Part shown: in pieces, positions 58,121-64,000 of the stretch
Numbering within the stretch: the first letter of the stretch is position 1
Layout of the letters: each line of letters opens with the position of its first letter
Assembly (NCBI GenBank): GCA_003135555.1
Contig: PLCF01000062.1
Location: 32,001 to 96,000 of the forward strand
DNA: 64,000 nt
DNA from: Vulcanimicrobiota bacterium
Lineage (GTDB): Bacteria > Vulcanimicrobiota > Vulcanimicrobiia > Vulcanimicrobiales > Vulcanimicrobiaceae
Direction of reading: 5' to 3'
Program-made: the position numbers and the translations under genes
Notes under the pieces: generated by a model
Seen by the model: the letters and a program-made list of their open reading frames with translations, nothing else
Databases searched by the model: none
Told to the model about the DNA's origin: nothing

Positions 58121-58735
58121 ATGCCCACCAGCAAGAAAGTCACGCCGCCAGCGATCGCTAAGCAGAGCACCGATCAGCTAGTCGCCCAAGCGCTCAGCAC
58201 CAACTCGGCGCTGGGCGACGCGGTCACCGCGCGCTTCGCCGGGATCGGATTCCTCGGCGCGGATCTCATCGCTGTGGTGACCGCGAAGACGAGCGCGCCG
58301 AGCACCGCGCTCTCGGCGTACAAGAACCGCCTTTCCGAGATGACGCTCGCGGCGAAGCAGCGCGTGGCGGCCGACCCGCAGACGTTCGTGGTGCTCGGGC
58401 GGGTCGTCGACGCCACGGGCGCCGGCCTCAAAGGTTACAAGCTCACGTTGAGCGACGCGAACGGCGATCTCTCGCGCGTCGCACCAGTCGTCAGCGACGC
58501 GGACGGGTTCTTTACTCTGCACCTGCGGCTGGGCGAGCTACCGCCGTCGGTCGTCGGCGGTTCGATCTACGTGCGCGTCAGCGATCCGAAGGGCAGCGAG
58601 ATCTTCGCTCCGTCGGCTCCGCTAACGGTCCGCGGCGGCGAGGTCGGCTCGTTCTCCGCGATATCACCGGTCGCCGCGACTCCGAACGCTATTCCCAAAG
58701 CAACACCGAAGGCGAGCGCAACAGCGAGCCCCTAG
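58121..58735 (+). CDS. CIS-associated protein with a carboxypeptidase-regulatory-like domain
   Basis: GRVVDATGAGL...SDADGFF; last gene of the operon. Confidence 0.7.
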   Translation: MPTSKKVTPPAIAKQSTDQLVAQALSTNSALGDAVTARFAGIGFLGADLIAVVTAKTSAPSTALSAYKNRLSEMTLAAKQRVAADPQTFVVLGRVVDATGAGLKGYKLTLSDANGDLSRVAPVVSDADGFFTLHLRLGELPPSVVGGSIYVRVSDPKGSEIFAPSAPLTVRGGEVGSFSAISPVAATPNAIPKATPKASATASP

Positions 58736-58752
58736 CGCGGTGCGGGCGCCGA

Positions 58753-60000
58753 TCAAGCTGCGCCGGTGACGACCAGCGCGGCGTGCAGTACGACGCCGGC
58801 GGCGCCGCCGACCAGGCTGCCGTTGAGGCGGATGAACTGCAAGTCCGGCCCGAGCTCGGTCTCGATCTTTTCGGTGACGACGTCGGCGTCCCAACGCTGC
58901 ACGACCTCGGTGATGAGTAACGAGAACTGCTGCTGAAAACGCGCCAGGACCGACTCTGCGACGTCGCACAGCCGCACGTTGAGCCGCTCGACGATCACCG
59001 GCTCGTCGAGCATGTTGCGAGCGATTCTCGCAGCCACATCGGCGAAGCGCGGGCCGGCCTCTGATGACTGGGCCGATGGGTGCTCCAGGCGCGCTTTGAG
59101 CGCGCTCCACGCCGCCGCGACGAGCCCGTCGAGCTCGGAGCCGTGCAGGATCGCGGCCTTGATCCGCTCGGCCTGCTCGTGCATCTCCGGGTCGTCGTGC
59201 AAACGCACGACGAGCTCGCGGACGTAGGCGTCGAACTGCAGGCGCATCGGATGCTCCGGCGTGCGCGCGATCTCGTCGACCAGATCGATCATCCCGTCGA
59301 CGAAGCGGTTCACGATGTAGGCATCGACGAACCCCGGTGTCAGCAACGAACGCTTCGCGAAGCGGCGTTTGATCTCGGGGCGTTGCGCGTTCAACCACGC
59401 GGCGACCACGGGCAGGATGCGCGCGAGGACGCGCTGGTGCGCACCGTCCGCGGTCGCGATCTCGAGCACCGCGCCGGCCGCGCGCGAGAGATCGAGACGC
59501 TCGACCTCCTCGGCGAGGACCTTGCCGACGACGGCCCGGATCTCGGCATCGTCGAGGGCGTCGACCAGCCGCGGCACGATCGCGCGCGCGTTCGCGAACA
59601 GTGCGGCGCAGTTTGCGGGGACCGCGAACCAGCGCAGCAGGTAGCCGGCAAGGTCGAGCTCGCGCAGCTTCGAGGCGATGATGGTCGGGGTCAAGAAGTT
59701 CTGCTCGACGAAGATCCCGAGCTGCACGCCGATGCGGTCTTTGTTGTGTGGAACGATCGCGGTATGCGGTAGGCGCAGTCCGCCGGGATGGCGGAACAGC
59801 GCGACCACCGCGAACCAATCGGCGAGGCCGCCGATCAACGCCGCTTCGCTGAAGGCCTCGACCCAGCCCAGGATCGGATACGCCGGCCGCAGGCGTGCGG
59901 CGATTACGAAAACGATCGCCATGACGCCCAACAGGGCCGTGGCGATCGTCTTCATCTGCCGTAGGCGAGCGCGCTTGTCGTCGGCACCCGCGAACGTCAT
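58753..60000 (-). CDS. DUF445 family membrane protein
   Basis: EAALIGGLADWFAVVALFRHP, HTAIVP, DLQFIRLNGSLVGG. Confidence 0.93.
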   Translation of the reverse strand: MTFAGADDKRARLRQMKTIATALLGVMAIVFVIAARLRPAYPILGWVEAFSEAALIGGLADWFAVVALFRHPGGLRLPHTAIVPHNKDRIGVQLGIFVEQNFLTPTIIASKLRELDLAGYLLRWFAVPANCAALFANARAIVPRLVDALDDAEIRAVVGKVLAEEVERLDLSRAAGAVLEIATADGAHQRVLARILPVVAAWLNAQRPEIKRRFAKRSLLTPGFVDAYIVNRFVDGMIDLVDEIARTPEHPMRLQFDAYVRELVVRLHDDPEMHEQAERIKAAILHGSELDGLVAAAWSALKARLEHPSAQSSEAGPRFADVAARIARNMLDEPVIVERLNVRLCDVAESVLARFQQQFSLLITEVVQRWDADVVTEKIETELGPDLQFIRLNGSLVGGAAGVVLHAALVVTGAA

Positions 60001-60004
60001 GGGG

Positions 60005-60325
60005 TTAGACCTTTTCCGCGGCGCCTTCCGCGGCCGGCGTTGCGGTCTGCACCGACTTGAGGACGTTGACGAGCTGGTTCACGTACTCGTTCTGCTGTTC
60101 GATCAGCTTCACGGCGAACGCCGAGTTGAGCTCGCTGACTTGCGCGACCACGGTCGGGATGTTGCGCAGGCTCTCCGCGCCCGGGAGCTTGCTGGTGGCG
60201 TTGGTGACGAGCTCGCGGAACGAGCTCACGGCGGCCGTCTGCGCGGCCTGGGCCTGCTTGAGCGCCTCGATGCCCTGCGCTTGGAGCTTCTCGATGGTGT
60301 CGATGTAGGTGTCGGTCACTGTCAC
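60005..60325 (-). CDS. Phasin-like amphipathic helical protein
   Basis: GTG start with GGGAG RBS; Ala/Gln-rich all-helical ~106 aa in a PHA/lipid gene neighbourhood. Confidence 0.55.
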   Translation of the reverse strand: MTVTDTYIDTIEKLQAQGIEALKQAQAAQTAAVSSFRELVTNATSKLPGAESLRNIPTVVAQVSELNSAFAVKLIEQQNEYVNQLVNVLKSVQTATPAAEGAAEKV

Positions 60326-60375
60326 GGGAGGTCTCCCTTGCGCCCTGCGGCGCGGGTGCTGCAACGTGTGTGCTA

Positions 60376-60406
60376 AGTATATCAAGCACTTTGCTATGCC
60401 TGTCAA
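60376..60406 (-). promoter_or_regulatory. Sigma70-like promoter for the phasin-like/DUF445 genes, with a 19-bp spacer
   Basis: Minus-strand TTGACA (60406-60401) and TGnTATACT (-10 at 60381-60376). Confidence 0.55.
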
Positions 60407-60483
60407 GCACCCAAAGTCGCATCACGCGCTCGCCTTGCTTAGCGGCCAACCGGAGACGGTACAACTGGGCCGAAGGTGCCTCG

Positions 60484-61242
60484 ATGGACCAGCTTTTTTC
60501 GCTTCAAGGCCGAGTCGCGCTGGTGACGGGCGCCTCCAGCGGCCTGGGGCAACATTTCGCGCACGTGCTGCACGCCGCGGGTGCAACCGTCGTCCTTGCC
60601 GCCCGCCGCCTCGATCGCGTCGAGGCGGAAGCAAAGCGCCTCGGCGAACGCGCGCGCGCGATCGCAATCGACGTCTCCCACGAAGCCTCGATCTTGTTCA
60701 CCTTCGAGACGCTGGCCGCGTCAGGTGTCCTGTGCGACATCATCATCAACAACGCCGGCATCAGCGGTTCGAGCTTGTTGCTGCAGATGGAGACCACGGA
60801 GTGGGATGACGTCATCAGAGTGAACTTGCGCGCCCCGTTTTTGGTCGCCCGCGAAGCCGCGCGCCGTCTCGTCGCCGCAAACAAGCCGGGCAGCATTGTC
60901 AACATCGCATCGATCCTCGGGCTACGCGTCTCCCCGGCGCTCGCGCCGTACATGGCCAGCAAGGCGGGACTGATCCATCTCACCCGCAGCATGGCATTCG
61001 AGTTCGCACGCTACGGCATCCGCGTCAACGCGCTGTGCCCGGGCTATTTCGAAACCGAGATCAACAGCGATTTCCTCAAGTCCGAGTACGCGCAGGCGGC
61101 GCTAAAACGCGTGCCGCAGCGCCGCATCGGCGACCTGCGTGATCTGGACGGTCCGTTGTTATTGCTGGCATCCGACGCCGGAGCGTTCATGACCGGCGAA
61201 GCGCTCGTCGTCGACGGCGGCCAATCGATCAACGCGGTCTAA
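60484..61242 (+). CDS. Short-chain dehydrogenase/reductase
   Basis: TGASSGLG, INNAGI, YMASK, RVNALCPG, VDGG. Confidence 0.95.
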   Translation: MDQLFSLQGRVALVTGASSGLGQHFAHVLHAAGATVVLAARRLDRVEAEAKRLGERARAIAIDVSHEASILFTFETLAASGVLCDIIINNAGISGSSLLLQMETTEWDDVIRVNLRAPFLVAREAARRLVAANKPGSIVNIASILGLRVSPALAPYMASKAGLIHLTRSMAFEFARYGIRVNALCPGYFETEINSDFLKSEYAQAALKRVPQRRIGDLRDLDGPLLLLASDAGAFMTGEALVVDGGQSINAV

Positions 61243-61255
61243 GGCGGCGCGGGCG

Positions 61256-64000
61256 TCAGGTCGAACCCCACACGTCGAGGTTGTAGCGCTTGGCAGCGGT
61301 GAGCTCGCCGATCCAGCGCGCCGCGGCGGCCTCATCGGCGCCGGTCTTGCGGCGGTACAGGTCGGCAAACGTCGCGCGCACGTCGGGTTCCATCCGGCTC
61401 CCGTCGCCGCACACGTAGACGACGGCGTCCGCTTCCAGGAGTGCCCAGACGTCATCCGCCACTTCCGCGATGCGGTGCTGCACGTACGTCTTGGTCGCGT
61501 CCAGCCGCGAGAACGCGACGTGCAGCTCGACGATCCCGTCGGCAGCGTAGCGCTCGAGCTCGTCGCGGTAGAGATAATCTTGATCGGGGTGGCGGCAGCC
61601 GAAGAACAGCATGGCTCGACCCAATGGTGCACCGCCGGCGCGCAGCGACTCGCGCTGCTGGAGGAAACCGCGGAACGGCGCCAGCCCCGTGCCGGGTCCG
61701 ATCATGACGATCGGCCGCTCCGGGATGTCCGGCAGGCAGAACGCGCTCTTGGAGTCCTTCACGAAGGCGTCGATCGTCTGACCGGCATCGTGGCGGGCCA
61801 AGTACGTCGAGCACACGCCTTCGAAGGTGCCTAGTCCCGACCAGGCCGGCTCGTTGACGACGCCGACGGTGATGCTGCAACGATCCGGCGCGGCCAGCGG
61901 CGACGAGGAGATCGAGTAGTAGCGCGGCGTCATCGCCGGAAGCATGTCGAGGAACGATTCGAAGGGCAGCTCGCAGGCGGGATGCTCCTCGAGCAGATCG
62001 AGCACCGAGCGCCGCTTGCGTTTGACCTCGGTCATGTACGCGCCGGCGTCCGCGTCGTCGGCGGCGAGCGCAGCGAGGCGCGGTTTGGTGTTGGGGCATT
62101 GCGTGTGCTCGGCCAGCGTGGCGATCTGCTTGCGCGTCGCCGTGTGCTGCAGCTCGACGTGGTGTGCTAGGAGCTGCTCGAGGGCGACCGGGGTGTCGAC
62201 CGGGAGCGCCGCGGGCCGGGCTTGCACCGCGCGCAACCGCACGTAGGTGTCGTCGGCGAACCCGAAGCGGCGCAGCGCCCGCGCGACCAGCGCCGGCGGA
62301 TTCTCGGCGACGACCCCGAGATGATCGCCGACGCGGTACGCCGATCCGTCGGGAATCGCGATCTCGATGTGCCGCGTCGAGCGTTCGCCCGAGCTCTGCA
62401 GCTCGCGGTTGACCAGCACGCGCATCGCGGCGGCACCGTGCGCGGTGGCGAGCGGATTGGCTTGCGGGCCCGCTACCACCTCGACCTCGTAGCGCGGCCG
62501 TGCGTTGCTCTCGGCCTGCGTGTCGAACGCGACGCCGAGCTCCTTGGCCACCGATTCCCACAGCGCGATGCGCCAAGCACGGAACTGCCCGTCAAGGTCT
62601 TCCTGCGCATCGCCCTCGCCGCGTCCGAACAGCCGCTCCGCGCCGTACGCCGCGAGCCGTTCGTCGATGAAGCGCGGCACGGCTTGGTAGGTCGACGCCC
62701 AGTTCCGGTTGCCGCACCCGAAGACGGCGTAGCGCACGCCCGCGAGCGCGCCGGGCGCGAGTCCGTCCCCGAGCCAGCGGTAGAACCCCGCAGCGTTGTC
62801 GGGCGGTGCGCCGTTGTAGGAGGCGCACACGATGAGCACGCCGCCGTCGGTCGGCAACTTGCCGGCGAAATCGTCGAGCCATGCGACGCGCACGCTAAAA
62901 CCTTGCCCGGTCGCCAGATCGGCGACCCGGCGCGCCGCGTCTTCCGAGGTGCCCAGATTCGACCCGAACAGAACCAGCAGCGGCATGCCGTGCACCGGGA
63001 GCTGCGTCGGCGGAACGGCGGCCGGCGCGGCCCCGTTGCGCTGCGCCTGCACCGGCTCGAGGGCGAGCGCGGGCGTAGCGCCTGCGGCGAGCGCGGGGAC
63101 CCGCATACGCGGTCGGACCTTGATCTTGAGCCCGTCCGGCTTGATCGTCAGCGTCTCTTTGAGCCGCAGAACGTAGCGTTGATGATCGATCAGCCGGAAG
63201 CGCTGCAGCATCATCCCGATCACCAGCGTCGCTTCCTGCATCGCGAACTGGCGACCGATGCACGCGCGTTGACCGTTCCCGAACGGTTTGTACGCGTTAT
63301 CCGGCAGCGCGCGCTCGCGTTCGGGTGTGAAGTTGTCGGGATCGAAGATCTCGGCGCGTTCACCCCAAACGGCGGGGTCGCGGTGAAGCGAAGGCAGCAG
63401 CACTACGACCTGCGCGCGCGCCTTGACCGCGTACTTTCCGCCGAGCACCTCGTCCTTGTACGGCAGCAACGCGAACGCCGGCGCGGTCGGCCACAGGCGC
63501 AACGACTCCTTGAGGATTTGCCCGACGTAGACCAGCGCTTTGACCTGCTTCATCGTCGGCTTCACCGACGGGTCGGTGCCGAAAACCCGGTCGACTTCTT
63601 CGGTTGCGCGGGCCAGCACGTCGGGGTGGCTCAGCAAGAAGTACGTCGCGAACGAGAGCAGGCCGCTGGTCGTCTCGTGCCCGGCGATCAAGAAGGTGAT
63701 GATCTGGTAGCGGATGTTCGTGTCGTCGAGCCGCTCGCCGGTCTTACGATCGACGCCCGCGAGCATGTAGTCGAGCATGTCCGTCTTCTGCGGCTCACCG
63801 CCGTCGGCGGCCCGCGCTTGTTTGCGGTCCGCGATGATCTGATCGACGACGTGGTTGAGGTACTTTGCATCGGCGGCCAGCCGCGCTTGCCGCGGCCGGG
63901 TGAAGACCTCTTCGAACGGCAGGCCGCGCTGGCTCATCGAAATCTCCAGCGCATCGACCATCGCGTCGACGAACGGGTGATTGTCCTCGCGATAGAACGA
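61256..64000 (-). CDS. Bifunctional cytochrome P450/NADPH-P450 reductase (CYP102 family), 5' end outside the window
   Basis: AGHETT, ESLR, FGNGQRACIG heme motif; LFGSNLGT FMN loop; RYYSISS, GPGTGLAPFRGF, YVCGDG. Confidence 0.95.
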   Translation of the reverse strand, partial: SFYREDNHPFVDAMVDALEISMSQRGLPFEEVFTRPRQARLAADAKYLNHVVDQIIADRKQARAADGGEPQKTDMLDYMLAGVDRKTGERLDDTNIRYQIITFLIAGHETTSGLLSFATYFLLSHPDVLARATEEVDRVFGTDPSVKPTMKQVKALVYVGQILKESLRLWPTAPAFALLPYKDEVLGGKYAVKARAQVVVLLPSLHRDPAVWGERAEIFDPDNFTPERERALPDNAYKPFGNGQRACIGRQFAMQEATLVIGMMLQRFRLIDHQRYVLRLKETLTIKPDGLKIKVRPRMRVPALAAGATPALALEPVQAQRNGAAPAAVPPTQLPVHGMPLLVLFGSNLGTSEDAARRVADLATGQGFSVRVAWLDDFAGKLPTDGGVLIVCASYNGAPPDNAAGFYRWLGDGLAPGALAGVRYAVFGCGNRNWASTYQAVPRFIDERLAAYGAERLFGRGEGDAQEDLDGQFRAWRIALWESVAKELGVAFDTQAESNARPRYEVEVVAGPQANPLATAHGAAAMRVLVNRELQSSGERSTRHIEIAIPDGSAYRVGDHLGVVAENPPALVARALRRFGFADDTYVRLRAVQARPAALPVDTPVALEQLLAHHVELQHTATRKQIATLAEHTQCPNTKPRLAALAADDADAGAYMTEVKRKRRSVLDLLEEHPACELPFESFLDMLPAMTPRYYSISSSPLAAPDRCSITVGVVNEPAWSGLGTFEGVCSTYLARHDAGQTIDAFVKDSKSAFCLPDIPERPIVMIGPGTGLAPFRGFLQQRESLRAGGAPLGRAMLFFGCRHPDQDYLYRDELERYAADGIVELHVAFSRLDATKTYVQHRIAEVADDVWALLEADAVVYVCGDGSRMEPDVRATFADLYRRKTGADEAAAARWIGELTAAKRYNLDVWGST

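Larger units (their letters stand above)
32883..58752. mobile_element. Acquired island carrying a contractile injection system (eCIS-type) locus
   Basis: Complete set of sheath/tube/baseplate/spike/ATPase genes with no capsid, terminase or T6SS membrane genes; bounded by DUF445 tail duplicates. Confidence 0.75.

Noticed and set aside
33892..58735. Prophage or T6SS
   Set aside because: No capsid, portal, terminase or integrase, and no TssJLM/ClpV; the gene set fits an eCIS.
1..64000. tRNA, rRNA, riboswitch or CRISPR array
   Set aside because: None recognised by eye; a tRNAscan/Rfam/CRISPR search would be needed to exclude them formally.

Overview
GC-rich bacterial chromosome segment; the style of the proteins suggests Eremiobacterota/Vulcanimicrobium-like origin (inference only). 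(1) Positions 1-14545 are the transposase-proximal arm of a Tn7-like (Tn6022/Tn5053-type) element: tnsA-tnsB-tnsC-tniQ, a TGTCA terminus with TnsB-site repeats, and mixed cargo (phosphatase, class 3 lipase, zinc-ribbon protein, defence-gene relics). It is inserted into comM. (2) A small variable region lies between the convergent comM and ABC substrate-binding genes. (3) A housekeeping/lipid-PHA cluster follows (MetE-like, esterases, acyl-CoA ligase, phaE-like/phaC, GNATs). (4) A ~26 kb contractile injection system (eCIS-type) locus has a divergent BTAD regulator and a DUF4157-HNH-like nuclease effector. (5) The window ends with DUF445, phasin-like, SDR and a partial CYP102 P450-reductase. The most unusual signal is that both variable regions contain diverged, same-orientation copies of the 3' tails of their flanking core genes. 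There are three DUF445 tail copies (one forms the C-terminus of the BTAD regulator), one SBP tail, one comM piece and probably one hydrolase tail, with no integrase nearby. This points to repeated, stacked 'tail-swap' acquisition of cargo, including the whole eCIS. No CRISPR array, tRNA or rRNA was recognised.
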